Assembly: GCA_039815375.1 (NCBI GenBank)
Contig: JBCBZJ010000026.1
Coordinates: 1 to 39,885, forward strand
DNA: 39,885 bases
Direction: 5' to 3'
DNA from: Verrucomicrobiota bacterium
GTDB lineage: Bacteria > Verrucomicrobiota > Verrucomicrobiia > Opitutales > Coraliomargaritaceae
Shown here: positions 29,493 to 39,885 of the stretch, piece after piece
Numbering within the stretch: the first letter of the stretch is position 1
How the letters are laid out: each line of letters begins with the position of its first letter
Made by a program: the position numbers and the translations under genes
Notes under the pieces: model-generated
What the model was told of the DNA's origin: nothing
Databases searched by the model: none
Seen by the model: only the letters and a program-made list of their open reading frames with translations

Positions 29493-30230
29493 CTAGGGCT
29501 TTTGCAGCACCCAGAAACGGCACTCGTCAGAAAAATCCAGCACCTCGGTCGGCTCGTCTGCAAGTTCAGAGCGCATCACACTAGCTTCTATCCGGAAACC
29601 CGTCCCGCTAACCAGCGATTCCACTTCAGAAACTGTCGGCACATGCATAAAGTGCACGCCTCCGGCTGCATCTTCGGCCCGGTCCCCGAATTGGTCCAGC
29701 TTATCCGACTGAAGTCCTTCAGCCCAGCGCACTTGCTCCATCGCCCAGAAATCCTGATACTGCGAACGATCGCGGTCGTGAGTGGTAAAAGTAAACCAGG
29801 CACCCGGGCGCAGAACACGATGAATTTCGCACAAAGCCTGCTTACGATCCGCTTCTCCCGGAATCTGCATCAGACCGTTAAACCCAAAAATTGCCCCATC
29901 AAAAACCTCGTCTTCAAACTTAAGCTTTCGCGCGTCGGCGACATGGAAGGGAATCGAATACTGCAGCAACTTGGCAAGCTGGCGTGCGCGCATAATCATT
30001 GGCTTGGCATAGTCGGTCGCGAGGATGTTGCAGTAGCCCATTTCGAGTAACCCGATGGCAATACGCCCGACTCCACAACCAAGTTCCAAAATGGAATCGT
30101 CCTTCTCGAACAGACGGGCAAATATCTTTTCCTCAGAGATCCATAGGCCCAATCCGGAGGCGGCCCGCGCGTAATGCTCCACGATCTCTTCCGATTCAAA
30201 GTATGCTTTAACCTTTCCTGCTTCCACCAT
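29493..30230 (-). CDS. Class I SAM-dependent methyltransferase
   Basis: ILELGCGVGR, ADARKLKF..FD, EIHRVLRPGAWF. Confidence 0.92.
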   Translation of the reverse strand: MVEAGKVKAYFESEEIVEHYARAASGLGLWISEEKIFARLFEKDDSILELGCGVGRIAIGLLEMGYCNILATDYAKPMIMRARQLAKLLQYSIPFHVADARKLKFEDEVFDGAIFGFNGLMQIPGEADRKQALCEIHRVLRPGAWFTFTTHDRDRSQYQDFWAMEQVRWAEGLQSDKLDQFGDRAEDAAGGVHFMHVPTVSEVESLVSGTGFRIEASVMRSELADEPTEVLDFSDECRFWVLQKP

Positions 30231-30329
30231 ACATATAAGCTTCGAAAAGTTCGTTCATGGCAACCGCTTTTGAAGCGGTTTGCCTATTGCAACCGGAACA
30301 ATCCACACCATGTATCATACTCAATAGAG

Positions 30330-32039
30330 GTGGCTTTTATAAAAACCATATCCTTTCTCGTCTTGGCGATCTCACTCGCAGCATTGGCCGTCCTAATACC
30401 GGTTCAATTACGCTCACTGGATCAGGTTGCCCTTTTTGAGGCCTCCAGGAAAAGCCCGACCATAGAAAGTATCATTACCGAAAGCCTTGATGCAGCTCAT
30501 ACCGGACCGGCGCGGTGGATCATTGCTGCGTCGGACCAGGCGAACCCGAAACATGTCGCGACCATTGAACAGTTGCATGAAGCGCGCCCTTCATTGGTTC
30601 TCAGCGGAGGGCCTGATCGCTTCTTTGAGGAATTTATCGAATTCATACCCAGCAGTCGTTTACAAGGCGGATCAAAGCTTCCTCTGGTTTCGCTGCTCCT
30701 TCCCCACAGCGATCGACTTATAATGGTCGATCTCTTAGCCCGCTCCAGCAATTCCAACGTGTCCGCCCTACTCGGTATCCGCGATATGAAAGGGCTACTG
30801 AAGCTCCACCCAACGAGTCATCCTGCCGGAGCACCATACGATTCTGCAGTCCTAAGTTTGGCCTTACTTATCGAGGGTGGCCATTTTCAACCGGCCTTCG
30901 CAAGCCGCTTGGGCAATCTCGCCAGTAGAGCCGCACGCGGCGACGCAAAGTCCATTGCCACCATTGAAGAGCTCGCCGTAGCCACGCTCTCTTTAGCTCG
31001 CCAACTCGACTACCGCTCACTCTCTAACCTTGCACAATTCACAGACTCAACGAGAACATGGGCTGAAATGGCAACTCTCTTTCGAGCCCAGCCCGATCGC
31101 ATCCCTCAGCTTTACACCGCACTTCACTATCAGGAAACCAGCGAGCCTCTCTTCACTTACCTTGCGGAACACGGGGAAGCTGCAGACAGAGACATCGACC
31201 TTGCGCTGAGCTACGGCCCTGGAAGTTTGGAGCATCTGTTCTCGAATGCGCTCCCCGTATTTCAACCGGCGGCCATAGCGGACACTGTCCTGTCTGCTCT
31301 CGAACCTTACCGTCCTGCATTCTTCACCAGTCTTGCAGCACAAAACCGAACCGCGACGCTCTACCTTAAACTTGGAATGCTCATCGCCGCGGGTTTTGCA
31401 TTTGCATTCGCACTCGGTGCCGTTTGGCGCGCCGGATCCAAAGAGTCCGGCGAATTCAGCCGCACTGCACCATCCATCATCGCACGTAACTTTTTCATCA
31501 GCTGCGCCGTTGCAATCACACTCTGGACTCTCATCGAACCCGAAATTCTCAAATCACAAGACCTAGAAACCGACTCTGGCCCACGCATCGAGTTTGCCGT
31601 AGCCAGCACTCTTGAATCACTTCAATCACCCGTTAAAGCCATGCAAGAACTCAATCAAGTCACCCTCCTCGTGCTCGCGCTGTTTTTCATTTTACAGCTC
31701 GTCATCTATTGCTTCTGTCTAATCAAGCTGAAAGAAGTCTCAAAGCAATCGCTGAGCGCTTCGATGAAGCTCAAGCTACTCGACAACGAAGAAAACCTCT
31801 TTGATTTCGGCCTCTACGTCGGCCTCGGCGGCACCGTCCTCTCGCTCATTCTCGTTGCCGTGGGTATCGTCGAAGCCAGCCTCATGGCAGCCTATGCATC
31901 GACTTTGTTTGGCATTCTCTTTGTCGCTCTAGTCAAGGTGCTGCATCTGCGTCCTTATCGACGTAAACTGATTCTTGAGGCCGGTAGCTCGAAAGAAGTC
32001 GACGATGAGCCCAACCTGATGGGCAACATCAAGCTCTAG
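30330..32039 (+). CDS. Multi-pass membrane protein with a C-terminal MotA/TolQ/ExbB-like channel core
   Basis: N-terminal TM, large soluble domain, then five TMs. The last two read GLYVGLGGTVLSL and AAYASTLFGIL. Start uncertain (GTG 30330 chosen). Confidence 0.65.
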   Translation: MAFIKTISFLVLAISLAALAVLIPVQLRSLDQVALFEASRKSPTIESIITESLDAAHTGPARWIIAASDQANPKHVATIEQLHEARPSLVLSGGPDRFFEEFIEFIPSSRLQGGSKLPLVSLLLPHSDRLIMVDLLARSSNSNVSALLGIRDMKGLLKLHPTSHPAGAPYDSAVLSLALLIEGGHFQPAFASRLGNLASRAARGDAKSIATIEELAVATLSLARQLDYRSLSNLAQFTDSTRTWAEMATLFRAQPDRIPQLYTALHYQETSEPLFTYLAEHGEAADRDIDLALSYGPGSLEHLFSNALPVFQPAAIADTVLSALEPYRPAFFTSLAAQNRTATLYLKLGMLIAAGFAFAFALGAVWRAGSKESGEFSRTAPSIIARNFFISCAVAITLWTLIEPEILKSQDLETDSGPRIEFAVASTLESLQSPVKAMQELNQVTLLVLALFFILQLVIYCFCLIKLKEVSKQSLSASMKLKLLDNEENLFDFGLYVGLGGTVLSLILVAVGIVEASLMAAYASTLFGILFVALVKVLHLRPYRRKLILEAGSSKEVDDEPNLMGNIKL

Positions 32040-32069
32040 TCCGCCGCTTACATTTCAGAAAAAAGTGCT

Positions 32070-33620
32070 ATGAATAAGACCTTGATGCTCGTGATCTGCG
32101 ACTTTCTGTTGCTGAGCATGCTGGCGCTCGCACGCTTCGATGCTCCTGAAGAAGCAACCGAGACGACTATTGATGCCACGGCTTCGTCGGCCACCGCCGA
32201 GGCTGAGTTGATTGCCCTACTTGAAGAATCACTCAAGGCGGAACAGGGCTCCCGCGAAAACCTCAGCAGCGACCTAGCCGAAACTCAGCGTAACCTGCAG
32301 GAAAAAGCACGTTTACTTGCCGAGCGAGAGGCCTCACTGGAGGAGACAGTTAAGAACCTGGAACAAACGACTGAGGAAGCCGCCGAGCTCGCTGCCAGCA
32401 AAGCCGAGATTGAAGCAGCACAATTGGAACTGGAAACGCAACGTGCGAACCTTGCCGAACGCTTCGAGTCTACTCGGACAGAACTCCAGAAGGCCAGCGA
32501 CGAGCGTATTGAAATGGCGAATACACTCGGGCAGCTCAAAGAGGAAAAATCTGTTTCTGAAGAACGGCTCAAGCAAGCCGAAGAAGCTATAAAGGAGCGC
32601 GAAATCCAGCTCGCCGTAAGGGAAGCTGAACTTAAGGCAGCAGAAGAGGAAAAACAGCGCCTGGCTGCCGAACGCGAGCAATTGGGCAAGGATCTCGAAG
32701 TAGCTCAGGCTGAACGCACGCTCCTCCGAGCAAATCTGGAGGACGAACAAGCCGAAAAAGCCCTTCTGCAACAGGAGAAGGAACAAGCCTTTGCTAGAGC
32801 CGATCGCCTCACAAAAAATGTATCAGAGCTTGGCCAGGGTGTTACGCAACTCGGTCAGGGCGTAAACACCCTAGCCCAATCATCTGAAGCGATCCGTGAA
32901 GAAATTGAAGCAGCGCGCCCCCAAACAATGAGCGAGATATTTACCCGATTCCAAAACAATCGGGCCACCATCCGTTTCACTGCCAAAGAGCAGGGCCTTC
33001 TCGGCTCGGTAAATGATCGAATCTACGAGAGTAAAAGTATCCTCATTAACGGCCAAGATGGCACAACCTACCTCGTAACCCACGCTGCGAACACACCCTT
33101 CTCCTTAGCGAAGTCGGCCAGGCTCAACGCGGTCTCACTCGAAATCTCGACTGGTAATGGCAACCTCGCTGTCAATCAGATCGGTTTTCTCGGAACGGAT
33201 CCCCGGCTCGTCTTCATCCCCCTGCCGAAGATCTTTGTCGACAGCACAGGACTTGAAACCTTCGAACTTGCGCGTCAACCCGAGCGCTGGGAAGAAGCCG
33301 TCCTCGTAAAAGATGATGAAAGCAACTTTGGCCGGACCGAATTCCGCCGCATCACGACCAGCGACCGCTTTCTCAAAATGGACCGCCCTGCCTTGGGTGA
33401 GCTCTTTGCAAACTTCGCTTCCTCTCGCGGCGATCTGGCATTCACCAAAAATAGTCAATTTGTCGGCCTGATGACAGATACAAAACATGCCGTTGTAATC
33501 GATGAATTCGTAGCCACAGCGGCAATCAGCCTCGGCGAAGGCTTCAACCAGGAAACTGCCAGAGCAACCGTTGATCGTTTACAGGGACGCGTACGCAGCC
33601 TGCCTTCTGAAGTGCGGTAA
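32070..33620 (+). CDS. Single-pass protein: MotB/ExbD-like TM with Asp, long coiled coil, trypsin-like C-terminal domain
   Basis: MNKTLMLVICDFLLLSMLALARFD, ~230-aa E/A/L/K/Q-rich heptad region, C-terminal YLVTHAAN / DPRLVFIPL / SSRGDLAFTKNSQFVGLM. Confidence 0.65.
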   Translation: MNKTLMLVICDFLLLSMLALARFDAPEEATETTIDATASSATAEAELIALLEESLKAEQGSRENLSSDLAETQRNLQEKARLLAEREASLEETVKNLEQTTEEAAELAASKAEIEAAQLELETQRANLAERFESTRTELQKASDERIEMANTLGQLKEEKSVSEERLKQAEEAIKEREIQLAVREAELKAAEEEKQRLAAEREQLGKDLEVAQAERTLLRANLEDEQAEKALLQQEKEQAFARADRLTKNVSELGQGVTQLGQGVNTLAQSSEAIREEIEAARPQTMSEIFTRFQNNRATIRFTAKEQGLLGSVNDRIYESKSILINGQDGTTYLVTHAANTPFSLAKSARLNAVSLEISTGNGNLAVNQIGFLGTDPRLVFIPLPKIFVDSTGLETFELARQPERWEEAVLVKDDESNFGRTEFRRITTSDRFLKMDRPALGELFANFASSRGDLAFTKNSQFVGLMTDTKHAVVIDEFVATAAISLGEGFNQETARATVDRLQGRVRSLPSEVR

Positions 33621-33953
33621 TTCTTCGAGACCAGTCCTTATCGGGTTCCCGGCACAGCTTCCTGGAAAAGATCATGCAGAAAACTCTGATATCTCAATTG
33701 TTGAACAACCGATAAGGCAAATCAGGGGCCAATTAGAAGAATACGCAGAACATGTTCCATGGCTGGAAAACTGGCTCAACTGTTTGTAGAATCCCATTCG
33801 CAAAACATCCATTTTCCGTTCTTGCAGTCTGCCACTTCCCGCATAGTCTCCGCCTCTTTTTTGAAAATTTGGCTCTCTGCCGAGTATTTCAAAGCTCTCC
33901 CCCATAGGCCATAACCAGCTGAAAATCAGACTTTTAAAACCAAAGCGAACACC

Positions 33954-36086
<2,133 letters not shown>

Positions 36087-36158
36087 GGGCGAATGACGCA
36101 AGAATCACTTCACAAAGTCTGATTCAAGCCGAGTCACAAGCCCTTTACATTTCGGATA

Positions 36159-36184
36159 TCGCTTTCATGGAAAGCGAGTTTTCT
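36159..36184 (+). terminator. Probable terminator after fusA
   Basis: TCGCTTTC-ATG-GAAAGCGA followed by GTTTTCT. Confidence 0.55.
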
Positions 36185-36271
36185 GCTATGCGCGGTAGAC
36201 TCTTTTCCTTACTATTGCCTATTACTAACAGCAAGCGTGCCACGCATGAGCACACAAAGAAAGCTAACGTC

Positions 36272-36289
36272 GATTGATGCGCATCAATC
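36272..36289. promoter_or_regulatory. Perfect 18-bp palindrome containing an FNR-type box
   Basis: GATTGATGCGCATCAATC contains TTGAT-N4-ATCAA at 36274-36287. Confidence 0.6.
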
Positions 36290-36511
36290 AGAAGCACATT
36301 TAATCGGACTCAAATAGCTAAGCTAATTTTGTAATGAATTTGCTAAAAGTCGATATTCTTCGAATCTAGGAATGACTGCCTGGCAAATACTTATAAACGT
36401 TACGAACGTCCACTATATACACTTTCAGGGGACATCGGAAAGATGTATTGACAATGATACAAACACAGCAAACTAGAATTTTCATATTTTTTTCAAAATA
36501 GAAAGTTACCC

Positions 36512-36532
36512 ACACTAACCATACACTAACCA
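36512..36532 (+). repeat. Tandem ACACTAACCA repeat in an A/C-rich leader
   Basis: ACACTAACCA at 36512-36521 and 36523-36532, ending 22 nt before ATG 36555. No Shine-Dalgarno sequence is visible. Confidence 0.7.
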
Positions 36533-36554
36533 CACACAAAACATACAATTGAAC

Positions 36555-38042
36555 ATGAAACGAATTACTTTCCTAAACTGCATCTTGGCACTCACCGTGT
36601 TGAGTCTGGGAACAATTGGCTGTGAGTCTACGACCTCCGGAACTCCGCCAACGAAAAGCACTGCACCTGCAGCATTTAAAAGCGATGTAGCTACCTCTGA
36701 AATTGATTCAGATTTATATACGCTTACGAAAAGTGTCAAAACCAGTCAGTCAATTGGGCAGACATATACATACGAATATGTCGTCAAAGCTAAAGAAGAT
36801 TTAACTGATGTAGTTATTGCTGATACGTTGCCATCCGGACTTGAATATGTCAGCAGTACTCCAACCGCCCAAGTTTCCGATAACAAGATTGTCTGGAACC
36901 TTGGCGACATCAACGAAGGAGACATCAGCCCACTTACTCTAACCGTTAAAGCTACACGCACTGGAACATTTGCGAACTGCGTTACAATCACAGCTATTCC
37001 AAAGGCTTGCCTTGCTGTCGTCGTTGGTGCTCCAGAACTTATGATCGAGAAGACGACTCCGAAGGAACGCCTCCTCTCAGGCGAAACAGCGACGTTTGAC
37101 ATCACAGTTACGAACACAGGTAATGCGGATGCAGAAAATGTTGTCCTCACCGACATTCTACCTGAAGGACTCACTGCAAGCAGCAGTCTTCGCTACAACC
37201 TCGGCGACCTAGCACCTTCGGAATCCAAGACAGTTGAAGTGCTAGCTCTCACTTCAAAGTCAGGCAAATTCCTAAATACAGCCAGTGCTGTTGGTTCTAA
37301 TGTGGCTAAGGTTGCAGATGACGCAGTGGTTTACGTCAATACTCCTGGCCTTAAAGTTGAAAAAACCGGCACCGGAGAACAATTTGTTGGTAAGAAAGCC
37401 AGCTACGAGATCGTCGTCACCAATACGGGTGATTTCACACTCACCGACGTAGTGGTAACAGACACCCTTGGTGAAGGTATGGCATTTGCATCGACCCCAG
37501 GGGCTAAAGTTGTCGAGCCACGAAAAGCAATGTGGAATATTTCCAGCCTGAAGCCTCAAGCTTCCAAGACCTTTAAGGTGACAACTACTGCTGAATTGGC
37601 GGGAAGATACTGCAACAACGTTGCAGCTGTCGACGCTGACCTCAAACTTGAAGACAGTTCTACGGCATGCACAGTCTGGAAGGGCTTCCCAGCGATCCTC
37701 CTTGAGGTCATCGATACAGTGGACCCACTCCTTGAAGGCCAACCCTCACAATATGTTATTCGTGTGACCAATCAGGGCAACGCACCCGACTACAATATAC
37801 AAGTAGGCGCTGAAATTGCACCAGAGCTCAGCATCACTTCTGTGGCTGGCCAGACTCAGCATCAGGTCAATGGAAATAAGGTCACATTCGCTTCTTTCGC
37901 GAAGATCGATCCCAAGCAGACAATCGAGTTCAAAATCGATGTTCGAGGTAAGACAATCGGTGGCGGTCGAAGCAACTTCTCACTTAGTAGTAACTTGCTG
38001 AAAGAGCCGATTAGCGAAACTGAGTCTACTCAAGTCTACTAA
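36555..38042 (+). CDS. DUF11-repeat lipoprotein, chlamydial OmcB-like
   Basis: Lipobox TIGC, repeated ITVTNTG..A.NVVLTD.LP.GL (DUF11) units, and C-terminal CTVWKGFPAILLEVIDTVDPL..YVIRVTNQG resembling OmcB. Confidence 0.85.
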   Translation: MKRITFLNCILALTVLSLGTIGCESTTSGTPPTKSTAPAAFKSDVATSEIDSDLYTLTKSVKTSQSIGQTYTYEYVVKAKEDLTDVVIADTLPSGLEYVSSTPTAQVSDNKIVWNLGDINEGDISPLTLTVKATRTGTFANCVTITAIPKACLAVVVGAPELMIEKTTPKERLLSGETATFDITVTNTGNADAENVVLTDILPEGLTASSSLRYNLGDLAPSESKTVEVLALTSKSGKFLNTASAVGSNVAKVADDAVVYVNTPGLKVEKTGTGEQFVGKKASYEIVVTNTGDFTLTDVVVTDTLGEGMAFASTPGAKVVEPRKAMWNISSLKPQASKTFKVTTTAELAGRYCNNVAAVDADLKLEDSSTACTVWKGFPAILLEVIDTVDPLLEGQPSQYVIRVTNQGNAPDYNIQVGAEIAPELSITSVAGQTQHQVNGNKVTFASFAKIDPKQTIEFKIDVRGKTIGGGRSNFSLSSNLLKEPISETESTQVY

Positions 38043-38058
38043 TCCATCACTTTTACTC

Positions 38059-38093
38059 AAAAGGGCCGCATCAAGGGATGCGGCCCTTTTTTT
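38059..38093 (+). terminator. Strong Rho-independent terminator
   Basis: AAAAGGGCCGCATC-AAGG-GATGCGGCCCTTTT-TTT. Confidence 0.92.
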
Positions 38094-38313
38094 GTCTAAC
38101 TCCACTGGCAATTACCTGCGGACATTCTAAAAAAAATTGAACAAAGGCAGGAGGTTTAAAAAAAGGCGAAATTAAGCAGATAATCCCAAAAAAGCCCGAA
38201 AATCAGGAACTTGTGAAATATCGACGGCACAAATCAACGAGATCTGCGGTTTAGGAAAAGTGGGGCTGAAATGGCGCGTAAACCAGAGGTTTAAGAATTT
38301 TTTCTGGCTAGTT

Positions 38314-38886
38314 TCAATCTTCATGCACGGTGTCTGCAAGGCCGTTTAATTTGTCGTGCAGTTCTTTCGCAATCTCGGGATATTGATGCGGCCGACAGAG
38401 TTCGTGCCATGACAGTTTTCCTAGGTTGCCGGGGGCGTGTTCTTCCCACCCTTCAGGCTCGGGGAGCGTTTGGCTGGTTTTCTTCTGGCGCTCGTGGTTC
38501 TCTTCGCACCACTTTTGTGCCCGCGCGAGCTCGTCTTGATAATTGCGGATTAGGATAATGGCTTTTGTTCGGCGGGGGCTGAGGAGCTCATCGAAGTCTC
38601 GGGGCTTTGGTGCCCGGTAGAAGCGCTCCAAAGCGGCGAAATCTTCTTCTGTGATGTGGTCCTGGATCTTTTTGAAGGCCCGGACTTCGGCGTCGTCTCG
38701 GCGGTCCTTGTTGAGCCTCTTTTGAAACAGTAGAACGATCCGTTTGTGGTATGGGTGCAGTCCACTGGCCTGCGGTTCAGGGCAGAATTTAAGGAGCCAG
38801 GTAATCGCCGCGGATGCGCGCTTTGCGAGTGGTCCACCGTTTTCGGTGCACTTGTCCCGTATCTGAATGGCTTCTTTTCGAGTCAT
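38314..38886 (-). CDS. Hypothetical protein, possibly a phage replication-protein C-terminal domain
   Basis: 190 aa with an ATGA overlap with the integrase stop. EVRAFKKI..EEDFAALERFY..RRTKAIILIRNYQDELARAQKW recalls phage replication proteins (recollection only, unverified). Confidence 0.6.
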   Translation of the reverse strand: MTRKEAIQIRDKCTENGGPLAKRASAAITWLLKFCPEPQASGLHPYHKRIVLLFQKRLNKDRRDDAEVRAFKKIQDHITEEDFAALERFYRAPKPRDFDELLSPRRTKAIILIRNYQDELARAQKWCEENHERQKKTSQTLPEPEGWEEHAPGNLGKLSWHELCRPHQYPEIAKELHDKLNGLADTVHED

Positions 38887-39851
38887 ATCGCGAGCTCATC
38901 AAGAGGAGACGGAACACGCTCAGGAGCTGGGTGAAGATAGAGTTTTGTGGTCTCTATACACTTGTGCCCCATCGCCTCGCAGACGTCGTGAATATTTGAT
39001 CCGGAGTCGAGGCAGTGTGTGGCGTAGGCGTGGCGAAAGTTATGAGGCGTAATGCGTGCGGAGATTCCAGCAGCTTTCTTAGCACGACGTACTTCTCGCT
39101 GAATATTGGCTTCGTGAAGGTGGAAGCGGACGATCTCGCCTGTCCGTGGGTGTTTACAGGGTTTGTGTTGTGGAAAGACCCAGTACCATTCCCAAGAGCG
39201 TGCAGCCGATGGATCTTTGCGACCGTAAGCATTAGGCAGTGTGACAGGAAGCTGGTTGTGGTGGTCAAATTCCCATTTGCCACGGGCGGCACGGAGTTGG
39301 ACAGCCATTAAATCGCAGAGGCGGTCTGGCAAACGCACCATGCGATCCTTGCCACCCTTACAAGCTCGAAGAATAAGGCGCCGGTCATTTAGGCGTACGT
39401 CTTTTACGCGAAGATCTAGAGGTTCGCTCACGCGTAGCCCGCACCCGTAGAGTAGCCCGCAGAGCAGACGGATCGGGTAGCCGTTGGCATCGCGGACTTC
39501 CTTTAGAATCGCAGCCATCTGCTTTGGTGTTGGACAATCGCGAATGAATATAGGCGTCTTTGCTCGGAGTGAGTTCACCTCTCCGAGTTCAACTTCTATG
39601 ACTCTACGGTAGAGAAAAAGGAGTGCGTTAAATGCCTGATTTTGAGTTGAAGCGGAGACTTTTCCATCAACGGCGAGATAGGTGAGAAAAGCCTCCATCT
39701 TATTCGCGGCTTCTCCCGTCGGTTTGTTTTCAATTAGCCAAAAATAATAGCGCTTAATCCAGCTCAGATATGATTTCTCAGTTTTGATGCTGAGATGGCG
39801 CAAGGCCATTTTTCTGCGACAGTCTGCTTCGACTCTTTCCCAAGACTTCAT
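38883..39851 (-). CDS. Integron-integrase-like tyrosine recombinase
   Basis: SIKTEKSYLSWIKRY, VSASTQNQAFNALLFLY, LYGCGLRVSE, KGGKDR, HNFRH..ATH, MGH...TTKLY. Also carries the IntI-specific insertion LPNAYGRKDPSAARSWEWYWVFP..HPRTGEIVRFHLHE. Confidence 0.9.
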   Translation of the reverse strand: MKSWERVEADCRRKMALRHLSIKTEKSYLSWIKRYYFWLIENKPTGEAANKMEAFLTYLAVDGKVSASTQNQAFNALLFLYRRVIEVELGEVNSLRAKTPIFIRDCPTPKQMAAILKEVRDANGYPIRLLCGLLYGCGLRVSEPLDLRVKDVRLNDRRLILRACKGGKDRMVRLPDRLCDLMAVQLRAARGKWEFDHHNQLPVTLPNAYGRKDPSAARSWEWYWVFPQHKPCKHPRTGEIVRFHLHEANIQREVRRAKKAAGISARITPHNFRHAYATHCLDSGSNIHDVCEAMGHKCIETTKLYLHPAPERVPSPLDELAI

Positions 39852-39885
39852 TTTAATATCTAACGCCCGTCGTCTAATCCCTGTT

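Larger units (their letters stand above)
38094..39864 (-). mobile_element. Integron-integrase/phage-like module bounded by GTTAGAY sites (may continue beyond the window)
   Basis: Minus-strand GTTAGAT at 39864-39858 and GTTAGAC at 38100-38094 enclose two coupled genes and an A-tract-rich spacer. Confidence 0.5.

Overview
Bacterial chromosomal window, most likely Verrucomicrobiota (Opitutales / Coraliomargarita-like; inferred from protein character and A/C-rich leaders, not from a search). The backbone is housekeeping and envelope genes: accA, acyP, xseA, proA, rlmN, radC, a stand-alone fusA, IMPase, NUDIX, LysM, DedA, a PfkB kinase and an ABC/TPR triad. Accessory parts: (i) an AT-richer 1002-aa secreted multidomain protein at the left end; (ii) a decayed ~1.5-kb islet beside tRNA-Arg(TCT) with a duplicated tRNA 5' segment, 24-bp direct repeats, an integrase remnant, an Xis-like HTH gene and an intact HigBA-type toxin-antitoxin pair; (iii) a lone SLATT-like 2TM gene; (iv) at the right end, an integron-type integrase coupled to a phage-like gene and bracketed by GTTAGAY core sites, so that it sits like a cassette. 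The best candidates for undescribed biology are: an unannotated MotA/ExbB-like plus MotB/ExbD-like gene pair whose B subunit carries a long coiled coil and a trypsin-like C-terminal domain (30330-33620); the cassette-like integron-integrase module; a candidate G/U-rich sRNA (~20400-20490) complementary to tandem CACTAACC motifs in the leader of an OmcB-like gene; a degenerate ECF sigma/anti-sigma-like fusion; and a PhoD pseudo-enzyme. All family calls come from motif recognition by eye. No searches were run.
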